Counted from the first letter of the stretch, positions 1-10,270 are shown. The stretch: DNA of 64,000 nt from Burkholderiaceae bacterium (GCA_036270655.1 DATBCD010000025.1:20827-84826), one strand, 5' to 3'. Notes: generated from the sequence alone by a model not told the origin. A program made the numbers and translations.

Positions 1-2
1 AA

Positions 3-1037
3 GGGCGGATAGCGCGCACCGGCGACGGCATCGCGGTGCAGCTGCTCGCCAATATCGAGATGCCGGAGGATGCGCGCGACGCGCTGGAGGCCGGTGCCGA
101 CGGCATCGGGCTGTTCCGCTCCGAGTTCCTGTTCATGAACCGGGACCAGCTGCCGTCCGAGGACGAGCAGTTCGAGGCCTATGCGCGCGTGGCCCGCTCG
201 ATGAAGGGCAAGCCGGTCGTGATCCGGACGCTCGACATCGGCGCCGACAAGGTGTTGACGTCCTCGGCCCGCCTCAGCCTGGGCATGCTGCCCGGCAACG
301 GCGTCGAAGAGCCCAATCCCGCGCTGGGCCTGCGCGCGATCCGCTACTGCCTGGCGTTTCCCGAGCTTTTCCTGACCCAGTTGCGCGCGATCCTGCGCGC
401 CTCCAGCCAGGGCACGGTCCGGATCCTGGTGCCGATGCTGGCCCATGTCCACGAGATCGAAGAAGCGATGGCGTTCGTGGCCCGCGCCAAGGAGCAGTTG
501 AAGGACCGGCGCCAGAAATTCGACGCACGCGTCGCGGTGGGCGGAATGATCGAGGTGCCGGCGGCCGCGTTGACGCTTCCGGCCTTCATCTCGCGGCTGA
601 AATTCCTTTCGGTCGGCACCAACGACCTGATCCAGTACACGCTGGCGATCGATCGCAACGATTCGGCGGTGGCGCACCTGTACGATCACCTGCACCCGGC
701 CGTGCTGCACCTGATTCACCGGACCATTCGCACCGGCGAAAAGGCCCGCGTCCCGGTCTCCGTCTGCGGCGAAATGGCCGGCGACGCGGTGCTGACCGAA
801 TTGCTGGTGGGCATGGGGCTGCGCCAGTTCTCGATGAATCCGACGCAGCTGCTGACGGTCAAGCAGCGCCTGTTCGAGCTGTCGACGCGGACGGCTGCGC
901 GCCTGGCCACGCGCGTGCTGCGTTCGCATGATCCGATCGAGATCCGGCGTGCGATCGAGCGCGGCAGCGCCAACGGACGGGCCGCGCCGCGACCATCGCT
1001 TTCCGTTGCGCCGGCGCCGGTCCAGTTGAGCCCGTGA
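3..1037 (+). CDS. phosphoenolpyruvate--protein phosphotransferase (PTS enzyme I / PtsP family), C-terminal part; 5' end outside window
   Basis: Frame open from nt 3. LLANIEMPEDARDALEAGADGIGLFRSEFLF, GGMIEVPAAAL, FLSVGTNDLIQYTLAIDR and VSVCGEMAGD match the PEP-utilising TIM-barrel domain of enzyme I. Confidence 0.85.
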   Translation, partial: GRIARTGDGIAVQLLANIEMPEDARDALEAGADGIGLFRSEFLFMNRDQLPSEDEQFEAYARVARSMKGKPVVIRTLDIGADKVLTSSARLSLGMLPGNGVEEPNPALGLRAIRYCLAFPELFLTQLRAILRASSQGTVRILVPMLAHVHEIEEAMAFVARAKEQLKDRRQKFDARVAVGGMIEVPAAALTLPAFISRLKFLSVGTNDLIQYTLAIDRNDSAVAHLYDHLHPAVLHLIHRTIRTGEKARVPVSVCGEMAGDAVLTELLVGMGLRQFSMNPTQLLTVKQRLFELSTRTAARLATRVLRSHDPIEIRRAIERGSANGRAAPRPSLSVAPAPVQLSP

Positions 1038-1040
1038 GCC

Positions 1041-2177
1041 GTGCAGTCCGGCTCGGTCGGTTTCGTCACGCCCCAGACGATGCGATTCGAGGAGCCGCTC
1101 GAGCTGTCGAGCGGGTCCCACATCGCAGGCTACGAGCTGCGCTATGAAACGTACGGATCCCTGAACGCCGCGCGCGACAACGCGGTCCTGATCTGCCACG
1201 CGCTGAACGCATCGCACCACGTGGCCGGCCGCACCGCCGAAAAGCCCGACGATATCGGCTGGTGGGACAACATGGTCGGTCCGGGCAAGCCAGTCGATAC
1301 GCGGCGCTTCTTCGTGATCGGCGTCAACAACCTGGGCTCCTGCTTCGGCTCCACCGGTCCGATGTCGGTCAACCCGGCCACCGGGCGCCCCTACGGCGCC
1401 TCGTTTCCGGTGGTGACCGTCGAAGACTGGGTCAACGCGCAGGCGCGGCTGGCCGACCGGCTCGGCATCCGGCGCTTCGCCGCCGTGATGGGCGGCTCGC
1501 TGGGCGCGATGCAGGCGCTGTCCTGGAGCATCCAGTATCCGGAGCGGATCGGACACTGCGTGGCGATCGCGACCACGCCACGCCTGTCGGCGCAGAACAT
1601 CGCATTCAACGACGTCGCCCGCACGGCGATCCGCAGCGACCCGGACTTCCACGGAGGCGACTACTATTCCAGGGGCGTCGTGCCGCGGCGGGGCCTGCGC
1701 GTGGCCCGCATGATCGGACATATCACGTACCTGTCCGATGACGACATGGCCGAGAAGTTCGGCCGCATTCTGCATACGCCGGACTACGAGTTCGGCTACG
1801 GGGTCGAGTTCGAGGTCGAGTCGTACCTGCGCTATCAGGGCGACAAGTTCTCCGAATACTTCGACGCCAATACCTACCTGCTGATCACGCGCGCCCTCGA
1901 CTATTTCGATCCGGCCCGCGCCTACGGCGGCGACCTGGTGCGGGCGCTGGCGCCGGCGCAGTCGCATTTCCTGCTCGCTTCGTTCTCGACCGACTGGCGC
2001 TTCGCGCCGGCCCGTGCACGGGAGATCGTGGAGGCGCTGGTCGTGAGCGGACGCCAGGTCGTGTACGCCGAGATCGACGCGCCGCACGGGCACGACGCCT
2101 TTCTGCTGGACGATCCGCGCTACCACCGGCTGGTGGCGGCCTATTTCGACAACGTCGCGGCGGGGCTGGCCCGATGA
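1041..2177 (+). CDS. metX: homoserine O-acyltransferase MetX (alpha/beta hydrolase)
   Basis: 378 aa. [40 protein letters not shown] and [12 protein letters not shown] are typical MetX. Followed by metW with ATGA overlap. Confidence 0.9.
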   Translation: MQSGSVGFVTPQTMRFEEPLELSSGSHIAGYELRYETYGSLNAARDNAVLICHALNASHHVAGRTAEKPDDIGWWDNMVGPGKPVDTRRFFVIGVNNLGSCFGSTGPMSVNPATGRPYGASFPVVTVEDWVNAQARLADRLGIRRFAAVMGGSLGAMQALSWSIQYPERIGHCVAIATTPRLSAQNIAFNDVARTAIRSDPDFHGGDYYSRGVVPRRGLRVARMIGHITYLSDDDMAEKFGRILHTPDYEFGYGVEFEVESYLRYQGDKFSEYFDANTYLLITRALDYFDPARAYGGDLVRALAPAQSHFLLASFSTDWRFAPARAREIVEALVVSGRQVVYAEIDAPHGHDAFLLDDPRYHRLVAAYFDNVAAGLAR

Positions 2178-2818
2178 CCGCGGTGGCCCGGCGCGCGCCG
2201 CTCGCCGCGTCCGCGGCGCCGCCCGTCCCCATGCCGGCGCTGCGCGATGACCTGCGCCAGATCGCGGCCTGGATCGCCGAGGGCGCCCATGTGCTGGATC
2301 TGGGCTGCGGCGACGGCGTGCTGATGGCCACCCTGCGTGATTCGCATAACGCCCGCGTGTACGGCGTCGAGATCGCGGACGACTCGGTCCTGCAGTGCGT
2401 CAGGCGCGGCCTGAGCGTGATCCAGGCCGACCTCGAATCCGGGCTTCGGATGTTCCCCGACCGGATGTTCGATACCGTCGTGCTGTCGCAGACGCTGCAG
2501 GCGATGCACAAGACGGAGGCGGTGCTGCGCGAGATGGCGCGCGTCGGCCGGCAGGGCATCGTGAGCTTTCCGAATTTCGGCCACTGGCGCCACCTGCTGT
2601 CGCTGCTTGCCGGCCGCATGCCGGTGTCGCCGCAGATGCCTTACCAGTGGTACGACACGCCCAACGTGCACCTGTGCACGCCGAAGGATTTCGAGATCCT
2701 GGCGGCCCGGCTCGGCCTGGTGATCACCGGGCGCGCGCTGCTGGCGAACGGTCAGCCGGTGAACGTGCTGCCCAGCCTTCGGTCCAAGCTCGCCGTTTAC
2801 CGGTTCGAGCCGAAGTGA
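2174..2818 (+). CDS. metW: methionine biosynthesis protein MetW
   Basis: [18 protein letters not shown]-MTase-like motif and ...[20 protein letters not shown] overlap with metX stop. Alternative start ATG 2231 would remove an Ala/Pro-rich leader. Confidence 0.85.
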   Translation: MTAVARRAPLAASAAPPVPMPALRDDLRQIAAWIAEGAHVLDLGCGDGVLMATLRDSHNARVYGVEIADDSVLQCVRRGLSVIQADLESGLRMFPDRMFDTVVLSQTLQAMHKTEAVLREMARVGRQGIVSFPNFGHWRHLLSLLAGRMPVSPQMPYQWYDTPNVHLCTPKDFEILAARLGLVITGRALLANGQPVNVLPSLRSKLAVYRFEPK

Positions 2819-2878
2819 GGCGGCCGGCCGCGAATCCGGACTCTCGCGCCTGGAATCGACCTTGACCCCGAACCGATC

Positions 2879-4162
2879 ATGACTGCGCCCGTTCAGGCGG
2901 CCGCTTCGCCGCCGCAGGCGGCCGCACCGAAGACGGGCGTCCGCGAGATTCTGACCCGGCCGCGCATGCTGGTCCTGCTTGCGCTCGGTGCCGCGTCCGG
3001 TTTCCCGAATCAGGTCACCGAAAGCGCGCTGCAGGCCTGGCTCAAGGATCTGCACATCAGCAACACCGACATCGGGGTCCTGTCCTACGTCTCGCTGCCT
3101 TATCTGCTCAAGTTCCTGTGGGCACCGCTGCTTGACCGCTTTCCGCTGCCCCTTCTAGGGCGCAGGCGCGGCTGGATCCTGGCAACCCAGTTGCTGCTCG
3201 CGGCGACGATTGCACTGCTCGCGTTCCAGGATCCGGCCGTTTCGCTGCTCGCCGTGTCGGTCTGCGCGACGGCGATCGTGTTCTTCTCGGCAAGCCAGGA
3301 CATCGTGATCGATGCGTATCGCACCGACCTTGCCGAGCCGGCGGAGCGGGGGCTTGCCGCGGCTTCCGCCAGCCTGGGCTACCGCGCCGCATCCTGGATC
3401 GCCTTTGCGGTCGCGCTCGTGGTGGCCGACAATTTCGGCTGGCCGCCTGCGCTCCTGGTCGTTGCCGCGATCATGGCGGCATTCGCGATCGTGACAATCC
3501 GGGCTCCGGAGCCCGTCTATCCGGCGCGCCTGCCGCAATCGCTGCGCGAGTCCGTGGTCGAGCCGCTGCGTGAGCTGGCCGGCAGCCGCGGCGCGTTGTC
3601 GCTTCTCGGCCTCGTGATGATTTTCAAGCTAGGAGATGCGTTCGCCGTCAAGCTGTTCACGCCATTCTTGATGGATGTCGGCTTTTCGAAGACCGAGATC
3701 GGCCTGGTCGCCAAAGCGGTGTTCACCTCGAGTTCAATCGTTGGCGCAGTGCTGGGCGGCATCTGGATGGTGCGCCTCGGCCTGTTTAGCTCGATGCTGC
3801 TTTTCGGCCTGCTGCAGGCGGTTTCGAACCTCGCCTACTACGTGCTCGCCATCATCGGAAAGAACTTTGCCGTGATGATCGCCGCAGTCGCAATCGAAAA
3901 CCTGACGCACGCCATGGGCAACGTCGCGATGGTGGCACTGATCATGGCGCTTTGCGACACGCGCTTCAGCGCGTTCCAGTACGCCCTGCTGTCGGTGCTG
4001 GCGCAGCTTCCCCGCTACGGCCTGGGCGGTCCGGCAGGCTGGGTCGCCGACCACGGCGGCTGGCCGTTGTATTACGTCGTGAGCTTCCTGCTTGGCATCC
4101 CCGGTCTGGTGACGGTGTGGCTGCTGCGCGACCGCATCCGCGCACTCGATATGCCTCATTGA
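2879..4162 (+). CDS. ampG: AmpG family muropeptide MFS transporter
   Basis: 427 aa polytopic. LALGAASGFPNQVTESALQAWLKD...LKFLWAPLLDRFPLPLLGRRRGWIL is the AmpG signature region. Confidence 0.8.
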   Translation: MTAPVQAAASPPQAAAPKTGVREILTRPRMLVLLALGAASGFPNQVTESALQAWLKDLHISNTDIGVLSYVSLPYLLKFLWAPLLDRFPLPLLGRRRGWILATQLLLAATIALLAFQDPAVSLLAVSVCATAIVFFSASQDIVIDAYRTDLAEPAERGLAAASASLGYRAASWIAFAVALVVADNFGWPPALLVVAAIMAAFAIVTIRAPEPVYPARLPQSLRESVVEPLRELAGSRGALSLLGLVMIFKLGDAFAVKLFTPFLMDVGFSKTEIGLVAKAVFTSSSIVGAVLGGIWMVRLGLFSSMLLFGLLQAVSNLAYYVLAIIGKNFAVMIAAVAIENLTHAMGNVAMVALIMALCDTRFSAFQYALLSVLAQLPRYGLGGPAGWVADHGGWPLYYVVSFLLGIPGLVTVWLLRDRIRALDMPH

Positions 4163-4226
4163 GGCGCGCCCGGTCGCCGGGGCAGCCGGTGCCCGTGCCT
4201 GCGTGGCGTACTGCGCATCGCCTGGC

Positions 4227-5009
4227 TCACAGGCGTCCGGCATACTCGACGATCAGCGGGGCGTGATCGCTGAATCGGCGCGCCTTGTAGACCTCGCAGC
4301 GGCGCGCCCGCGCCGCCGTCTTCGGAGTCGCGATCTGGTAGTCGATGCGCCAGCCGACGTTCTTAGCCCAGGCCTGGCCTCGATTGCTCCACCACGTGTA
4401 GGACTCGCCGGTCGCTTCCGGGTGTAGCCGTCGGTACACGTCGACCCAGCCGTGCTCGTCGAACACCCGGCTGATCCAGGCACGCTCCTCCGGAAGAAAG
4501 CCGGAGTTCTTCTGGTTCGAGCGCCAGTTCTTCAGGTCGATCTGGCGGTGCGCGATATTGATGTCACCGCACAACAGGAACTCACGCCCGCTGTCGCGCA
4601 GCTTTTTCAAGTGGGGAAAGAACGCGTCGAGGAAGCGGAATTTGGCCTGCTGGCGCTCCGGCGAGCTGGATCCGGACGGAAAGTAAACCGAAACCACGGT
4701 GACGGTCGAGAATTCCGCCTCGACATAGCGGCCTTCGCGATCGAATTCGTCCACCCCGAATCCGATCTGCACCCTGCGCGGGCGCTTGCTCGCCAGCAGC
4801 GCCGCTCCGCTGTAGCCGCGCGCCTGCGCGAAGTGGAAATGGGCGTGCAGCCCCGGCGGGTTGAGCAGTCGCTCCGGCAGGTCGGCGTGCTGCGCCTTGA
4901 GTTCCTGCAGGCACAGCACATCCGGCTCGCGCCGTGCCAGCCAGCGCAGCAGTCCCTTCGAGGCGGCCGATCGCAGGCCGTTGGCGTTCAGCGTGACGAC
5001 CCGGAACAT
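4227..5009 (-). CDS. xthA: exodeoxyribonuclease III
   Basis: Start trimmed to ATG at 5009 (MFRVVTLNANGLRSA...). LCLQELK, GDINIAH and SDHAPLIVEY are EEP-nuclease motifs. The 51 upstream codons of the track ORF are Arg-rich and unlike XthA. Confidence 0.9.
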   Translation of the reverse strand: MFRVVTLNANGLRSAASKGLLRWLARREPDVLCLQELKAQHADLPERLLNPPGLHAHFHFAQARGYSGAALLASKRPRRVQIGFGVDEFDREGRYVEAEFSTVTVVSVYFPSGSSSPERQQAKFRFLDAFFPHLKKLRDSGREFLLCGDINIAHRQIDLKNWRSNQKNSGFLPEERAWISRVFDEHGWVDVYRRLHPEATGESYTWWSNRGQAWAKNVGWRIDYQIATPKTAARARRCEVYKARRFSDHAPLIVEYAGRL

Positions 5010-5128
5010 CTGTTGGAGGTGCGGTCTACCGGAAGTACGGGCGGAGCGGTTCCGGGGGATCTGGGACAATTCCGACTGACCCCGGGCCCCCCGTCGGCCC
5101 CATCGCTCTTGCAAGGACACAAAGACGA

Positions 5129-5803
5129 ATGTCCGTACCGCGGCAATTCCTCGAATTCGCACTTCAATGCGGCGCTCTTTCTTTCGGGGACTTCACGACC
5201 CGCAGTGGGCGCCAGACACCTTATTTCTTCGATGCCGGCCGGTTCGATCGCGGCCCTACGCTCGGCAAGCTCGCCCGATTCTATGCTCAGACTCTGCTGG
5301 ACGCCCGCGCCCAGGGCCGGATCCAGTTCAACATGCTGTTCGGGCCCGCCTACAAGGGGATCGCGCTGGCTTCGAGCACCGCGGTCGCGCTGGCCGCCAT
5401 GGGTCTGGACGTTGCGTTCTCGTATAACCGCAAGGAACGCAAGGATCACGGTGAAGGCGGTCAGCTGATCGGTGCTCCTCTGCGCGGCCGGGTGATGATC
5501 GTCGACGATGTGATCACGGACGGGGCGGCCAAGCGCGAGGCGCTCGACCTGCTCCGGGCGCACGGGGCGCAGGCGGCCGGGGTCGTGATCATGCTCGACC
5601 GGATGGAGCGTACCGGCGCCGACGGCGCGCTGTCACGGCTTGCGGCGGTTCAAGCCTTCGAGCACGCCACCGGTGTGCCGGTGATATCGATCGCCAACCT
5701 GGACGACCTGATCGGCTTGCTGCACTCCGATTCGCCGCTGGCCGACGCGGCGCGCCAGCATCTGTCGTCGATCGAAGCCTATCGGGAACGGTATGGCGCT
5801 TGA
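5129..5803 (+). CDS. pyrE: orotate phosphoribosyltransferase
   Basis: FLEFALQCGALSFGDFTTRSGRQTPYFFDAGRF plus PRPP loop VMIVDDVITDGAAK. Confidence 0.9.
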   Translation: MSVPRQFLEFALQCGALSFGDFTTRSGRQTPYFFDAGRFDRGPTLGKLARFYAQTLLDARAQGRIQFNMLFGPAYKGIALASSTAVALAAMGLDVAFSYNRKERKDHGEGGQLIGAPLRGRVMIVDDVITDGAAKREALDLLRAHGAQAAGVVIMLDRMERTGADGALSRLAAVQAFEHATGVPVISIANLDDLIGLLHSDSPLADAARQHLSSIEAYRERYGA

Positions 5804-6446
5804 CGGGCGGCGCCGGATCGCGCGATGGATTGTGGCAGGCGTGCTGGGCGCCTTGCCGGCCGCCGCCTGGTGCCAGCTGTATGTGTGTACCACGCCCAAC
5901 GGCCGCACGCTGACCGGCGATCTGCCTCCGCCCGAGTGCGGGAACGTCTCGATTCGCGAGCTCAATCGCGACGGTTCGATCAGGCGCGTGATCGAGCCGC
6001 CGCTGACGCCCGAGCAGAAGAAGAAGCGCGACCTGGAGGAAAAAGCGCGGCGCGAACGGGAACACGCGGCCCAGGAGCAGCTGCGCAGAGACCGCGCGTT
6101 GCTGGAAGCGTACGCGGGCGAGGACGAGATCGAGTCGGCGCGCGACCGGGTGCTGGCAGACCGGCAGGCGTTGATCGACCGGGCCAATCAGCAGCTGAAG
6201 GAAATCAGGGCGGACCGCAAGCGCCTGGAGGATGAGGCGGAGTTTTACGCCAAGCGCCAGGTGCCGGACAAGCTGAAGCGCGCGCTCGAAGACAACGCGG
6301 CGCTGCAGGCGCAGCAGCTGCGAACCATCGACGAGATTCGCACCGAGATGCAGCGCATCAACGACCAGTACGACGCCAATCTGCGCCGTTACCGGGAGCT
6401 GGTGATGCGCGGCGCGACGCCGGTTCAGCGCAAAAGCGAGCCCTGA
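5793..6446 (+). CDS. secreted coiled-coil protein, DUF4124-like N-terminus
   Basis: Signal-like WIVAGVLGALPAAAW, then YVCTTPNGRTLTGDLPPPEC (DUF4124-like), then a charged heptad-rich region. Overlaps pyrE end by 11 nt. Confidence 0.6.
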   Translation: MALDGRRRIARWIVAGVLGALPAAAWCQLYVCTTPNGRTLTGDLPPPECGNVSIRELNRDGSIRRVIEPPLTPEQKKKRDLEEKARREREHAAQEQLRRDRALLEAYAGEDEIESARDRVLADRQALIDRANQQLKEIRADRKRLEDEAEFYAKRQVPDKLKRALEDNAALQAQQLRTIDEIRTEMQRINDQYDANLRRYRELVMRGATPVQRKSEP

Positions 6447-6487
6447 AGCCGCGCTCACGGTTTTCGCGTCCAAGCCAGGAGGCCGGT

Positions 6488-6590
6488 CAAGGTCTCAAGG
6501 CCACCACCCTCATCCTGTCCTTCTCCCGCAAGCGGGAGAAGGGACCGTTAGCTGCGTTCTCCCACTTGCGAGCGCAAGGACCTTGAGCAC
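6488..6590 (-). repeat. REP-like palindromic element (inverted orientation) nested in a larger dyad-symmetric region
   Basis: 11-bp stem CCTTCTCCCGC-aa-GCGGGAGAAGG (6519-6542). The flanking CACCACCCTCAT is the reverse complement of the GAGGGTG tail seen at 18012, 49823 and 60490. Outer arms CTCAAGG (6494-6500) / CCTTGAG (6581-6587). Confidence 0.7.
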
Positions 6591-6768
6591 TCGCTCCCGG
6601 TTGCGGGCGTCGGAGAGGAGCGATCTGGTGATCTCTGTGGCGCTCGGTGCGTGTCTGCCCCAAACAACGCACCGTTTCCGACCCCACGCGCCTAACGAGA
6701 TTCGATGTCCGGTACCGGCGCCGAACGTCGTCTTATTCGTTAAGGATCCAACTTTCAGGAGTTGCGGC

Positions 6769-7143
6769 ATGGGCACCGGACCTGTAGCGGGTCGCCCGCA
6801 ATCGGGCGCGATTTCCACGGCGTTGGTCGGACTGGCGGGATTTGCCGCCGGCGCGTTGGTGGTGGGGTTGCTGGCATTGGCACGGCACCCGGCGTCGGCG
6901 ACGAACGAGCCGATGCAAAGCCCGGAGTCCAACCTCGCGGCGCACGAGGTCGTTCCGGCGCCGGCCATCGTAACCCGGGATAAGGAATGGCCGCCTCGGG
7001 CCGAACCATTTCCCTGGCCGTTCGAATCGCAGACACACGCATCGATCGGTGCACCCGGCAAAAACCGGCCGGACCGGCTCAGCGGCCCCGAAGGCTGGAC
7101 TCACGACGCGGCCGGATCGAACGAGCCGATTCCGCGTCGGTAA
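6769..7143 (+). CDS. hypothetical single-pass membrane protein
   Basis: AGGAG 8 nt upstream of ATG 6769. One hydrophobic segment (AISTALVGLAGFAAGALVVGLLALA). High third-position GC. No family recognised. Confidence 0.5.
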   Translation: MGTGPVAGRPQSGAISTALVGLAGFAAGALVVGLLALARHPASATNEPMQSPESNLAAHEVVPAPAIVTRDKEWPPRAEPFPWPFESQTHASIGAPGKNRPDRLSGPEGWTHDAAGSNEPIPRR

Positions 7144-7275
7144 CAACCCGCTGCCTGGCGAATCGACGGCCCCGCCCCGCTCGGAGCCGACCTGGCGCGG
7201 GCGCCCCGGCGCGCCCGCCAGCTGGCGCCGTCGTGGGCGGTAATATCTCGCGCCCCTGCCCGGTATGAAGCCTCG

Positions 7276-8739
7276 TTGAGCGTTCTGACCCGTCTGTTCG
7301 AGCCGGCGACCGATTACGAACTGACCGGATGGCTGTTCATCAAAGGTCTGGCGCTGGTGTACGCCGCAGCATTCGCGTCGCTGGCGGTGCAGATCGATGC
7401 TCTGGCAGGCCCCGACGGCATCCTCCCGTTTCGCCGAGTGCTCGACGGGGCCTTTACCGACAACGGCTACGGCGCGCTGCTGCGGCTGCCGACGCTGTTC
7501 TGGTTGAACAGCAGCGGGGCGGCGCTGCAGGGTGCGTGCTTCGCCGGGGCAGCCGTGGCGCTGCTGCTGGCGGTCGGCTGGGTCAGGGTGCGACCGGCGC
7601 TGATTCTGCTTTACCTGCTCTATCTGTCTCTGGTCCACGCGGGCCAGATATTCATGACCTTTCAGTGGGACACGTTGCTGCTCGAATGCGGCTTCCTGGC
7701 GATCTTCCTGGCCGACGCGCCCACCCGGCTGATCGTGTTGTTGTTCGAGTGGCTGCTTTTCAGGTTGCGTTTCCTGTCGGGCTATTTCAAGCTGGCCAGC
7801 GGCGATCCCTCCTGGCGCGATCTCACTGCGCTCGACTACTACTTCGAAACGCAGCCGCTGCCCCATATCGGATCGTGGTACGCCCATCAGCTGCCGCAAT
7901 GGCTGCTGAAAACGGGTGTCGGCTTTACGCTGTTCGCCGAGCTCGCGGTGCCTTTTTTCATCTTCCTGCCGCGCCCATTCCGCCTCGTTGCGGCCGCCAC
8001 CACGATCCTTGCGCAGCTGCTGATCATCGCGACCAGCAACCACAATTTCATCAACCTGCTGACCATCCTGCTGTGCCTGTTCCTGCTGGATGACCGCATC
8101 GTCGCTTGCCTGCTGCCGGGGTCGGTTCGGGAGCGGGTTCGAACCGAGGCGCGAGGCCGCGATCCCGGCCCGACCTTCAAGGCGCTGGCCGGCACCGGCG
8201 CTGCGCTGATCCTGGTGCTCAGCCTGAGCATGATGCTTGGCGCGCATGCGCGGCGCCCGCTGCCGCATGCGCTGGTCGTGCTGAACGAGGTGCCGCCGGC
8301 GTTCGGGATCGGCAACCTGTTTCACCTGTTTCCGACGATGCAGACGGAGCGGCAGGAATTGCGGATCTTCGGCAGTTACGATGGCCAGACCTGGGAACCC
8401 TACGAATTCCGTTACAAGCCGGATCCGCTGGACCGGGCACCCCAGTTCATCGTTCCGCACCAGCCGCGGCTCGACTGGATGATGTGGTTTCTGCCGCCCC
8501 AGTGGCCCGACACCGCCTACTGGTTTGCGCCGTTCCTGCAGTCGCTGCGCCAGAACCGCGGCGCGGTGACGCGCCTGCTGGCGCGCAATCCGTTCGAAGG
8601 CAAATCGCCCCCCAACCTGGTGCGCGTGCTCGCCTATCGCTATCGCTTTACCACGCCACAGGAGCGGGCCCGCACCGGCAACTGGTGGAAGGCCGAGTTC
8701 CTCGGCGAATATCCCGACGTGCCGCCACGGCGGCCCTGA
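7276..8739 (+). CDS. lipase maturation factor (LMF1/HTTM-related) family membrane protein
   Basis: YFETQPLPHIGSWYAHQLPQWLLK...AELAVPFFIFLPR and YEFRYKPDPLDRAPQFIVPHQPRLDWMMWF...YRYRFT parallel eukaryotic LMF1 motifs. TTG start inferred. Confidence 0.8.
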   Translation: MSVLTRLFEPATDYELTGWLFIKGLALVYAAAFASLAVQIDALAGPDGILPFRRVLDGAFTDNGYGALLRLPTLFWLNSSGAALQGACFAGAAVALLLAVGWVRVRPALILLYLLYLSLVHAGQIFMTFQWDTLLLECGFLAIFLADAPTRLIVLLFEWLLFRLRFLSGYFKLASGDPSWRDLTALDYYFETQPLPHIGSWYAHQLPQWLLKTGVGFTLFAELAVPFFIFLPRPFRLVAAATTILAQLLIIATSNHNFINLLTILLCLFLLDDRIVACLLPGSVRERVRTEARGRDPGPTFKALAGTGAALILVLSLSMMLGAHARRPLPHALVVLNEVPPAFGIGNLFHLFPTMQTERQELRIFGSYDGQTWEPYEFRYKPDPLDRAPQFIVPHQPRLDWMMWFLPPQWPDTAYWFAPFLQSLRQNRGAVTRLLARNPFEGKSPPNLVRVLAYRYRFTTPQERARTGNWWKAEFLGEYPDVPPRRP

Positions 8740-8833
8740 GGCGCTGTTAAAAACGGCTCCCGCTTAACCCCGCCCGCCGGCCGATGACGTTTATCCATTC
8801 GGGTGTTCCAAAGTCTTTTTCAGGAGATTTTCG

Positions 8834-10270
8834 ATGACGCAATGGCGATTGAGCACGATCGGTGTGGCACTGACCGCAACCCTGGCAGGCGGCGGTGCCG
8901 GCGCGCAGCCATCGGAGCCGGCCGAATTGTCGTTGACCACCTCGTCGCGCGCCTCCCTCGGGATCACGATCTACAACGACGGCCAGGCGCTGGTGCGCGA
9001 TGCGCGGCGCGTGACGCTGGCGCGCGGCACGCAGAAGATCGCGTTTCGCGAAGTGGCAGCCACGATCCGGCCCGAGACGGCTTCGCTCAAACCGGTATCG
9101 GGCGCCGGCTTCGACCTGCTCGAGCAGAATTTCGACTTCGACCTGCTGACGCCCGCGGCCCTGCTGCGCAAGTACGTAGGCAGGCAGGTGACCGTGATTC
9201 ACGCCAACCCGGCCACCGGGGCCGAAACCCCCGAGCAGGCGACCGTGCTGGCGACCAACGAAGGCGTCGTGCTGCGCTACCGGGACCGGATCGAGACGGG
9301 CGTGGCCGGACGCCTGTCGTTCCCGGACGTGCCGGCTAATTTGCGCGATCGTCCCACGCTGTCGATGGTGCTCGACGCGGCACAGGCCGGGGAACAACAG
9401 GTCGAGCTGACTTACCTGGCCAACCAGGTCGGCTGGAAAGCCGACTACATCGCGAACCTGAATGCCGACGCAACCCGAATGACGCTGAACGGCTGGGTCA
9501 CGCTGACCAACCAGTCCGGCACCGCGTACGAAAACGCCCGCCTGCAGCTGGTGGCCGGCACGCTGAACCGCGTTGCGCCGGAGGTCAGGCCGATGGCGGC
9601 CCCGCAGTTCGCGGCCAGGGCCGCGAAATCAGCCGACATGAGCGAGGAAAAGCTCGGCGACTATCACCTGTACACGCTGCCGAGAGCCACGACGATCGAG
9701 AACAACCAGACCAAGCAGGTGGCGCTGCTGTCGGCCTCCGGCGTGCCGGTGCAGCGCCAGTACGTGCTGCAGAATAACGCCGTCGAATGGTGGTACCAGG
9801 CGCGGCGGCCCGACATCCAGAAAGGCTTGAAACCGAGCGTGGTCCTGCGCTTCGAGAACCGGGGTGGCGAGCTGGGCATCCCCCTTCCGGCCGGCGTCGT
9901 GCGCGCTTACATGCCGGACAGCAGCGGCGGCAGCCAGCTGATCGGCGAGGACGCCATCGCCCACACGGCCAAGGCAGAGCGGGTGGAGCTGCGCCTGGGC
10001 GAGGCTTTCGACCTGACCGCAGATCGGGTACAGACCGACTTTCGGGTCATCTCGGAGCACTCGCGTCAATCGTCCTATCGGATCGAGTTGCGAAACGCCG
10101 ACTCCAAGCCGGCGATCGTCACGGTGCGCGAGCCGCTGCGCGGCGACTGGAAGATCACGTCGGAAACCCAGGATCACGTGAAGGAAAGCGCCGGTTCGGT
10201 GTCCTGGCAGGTCCAGGTACCGGCTGAGGGCAAGACCGTGCTCGAATACACGGCTGTAGTGAGCTGGTAA
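8834..10270 (+). CDS. secreted DUF4139 (DUF4140 N-terminal) domain protein
   Basis: AGGAG SD. Signal peptide MTQWRLSTIGVALTATLAGGGAGA. LGITIYNDGQALVRDARRVTL...FREVAATIRPETASL...LEQNFDFDLLTPAALLRKYVGRQVTV matches the DUF4140/DUF4139 pattern. Confidence 0.7.
   Translation: MTQWRLSTIGVALTATLAGGGAGAQPSEPAELSLTTSSRASLGITIYNDGQALVRDARRVTLARGTQKIAFREVAATIRPETASLKPVSGAGFDLLEQNFDFDLLTPAALLRKYVGRQVTVIHANPATGAETPEQATVLATNEGVVLRYRDRIETGVAGRLSFPDVPANLRDRPTLSMVLDAAQAGEQQVELTYLANQVGWKADYIANLNADATRMTLNGWVTLTNQSGTAYENARLQLVAGTLNRVAPEVRPMAAPQFAARAAKSADMSEEKLGDYHLYTLPRATTIENNQTKQVALLSASGVPVQRQYVLQNNAVEWWYQARRPDIQKGLKPSVVLRFENRGGELGIPLPAGVVRAYMPDSSGGSQLIGEDAIAHTAKAERVELRLGEAFDLTADRVQTDFRVISEHSRQSSYRIELRNADSKPAIVTVREPLRGDWKITSETQDHVKESAGSVSWQVQVPAEGKTVLEYTAVVSW

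Noticed and set aside
1038-1040. Possibility of a SAM riboswitch upstream of metX, as found before metX/metA in some Proteobacteria
   Set aside because: Only 3 nt separate the upstream enzyme I gene stop from the metX start, so there is no room for a leader RNA.
7265-7279. Four-codon mini-ORF ATG-AAG-CCT-CGT-TGA whose stop overlaps the inferred TTG start of the LMF gene
   Set aside because: It is too short to evaluate and could arise by chance. The true LMF start codon is itself uncertain. Noted only as a possible leader peptide.
8136-8152. GGGTTCGAACC T-loop-like motif; similar motifs near 7018 and 12601 suggested tRNA genes
   Set aside because: No flanking acceptor or anticodon stems could be formed, and all three lie inside well-supported protein-coding frames.
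6733-8460. 575-aa minus-strand ORF antisense to the LMF gene. Similar very long ORFs occur at 19915-21942(+), 24029-26875(-), 35885-37825(-), 39130-41730(-), 47729-50638(-) and 53302-55128(-)
   Set aside because: All lie opposite or out of frame to genes with clear family motifs. Their translations are Arg/His/Gln/Pro/Gly-rich low-complexity strings, typical of stop-poor non-coding frames in high-GC DNA, and none has a recognisable domain.
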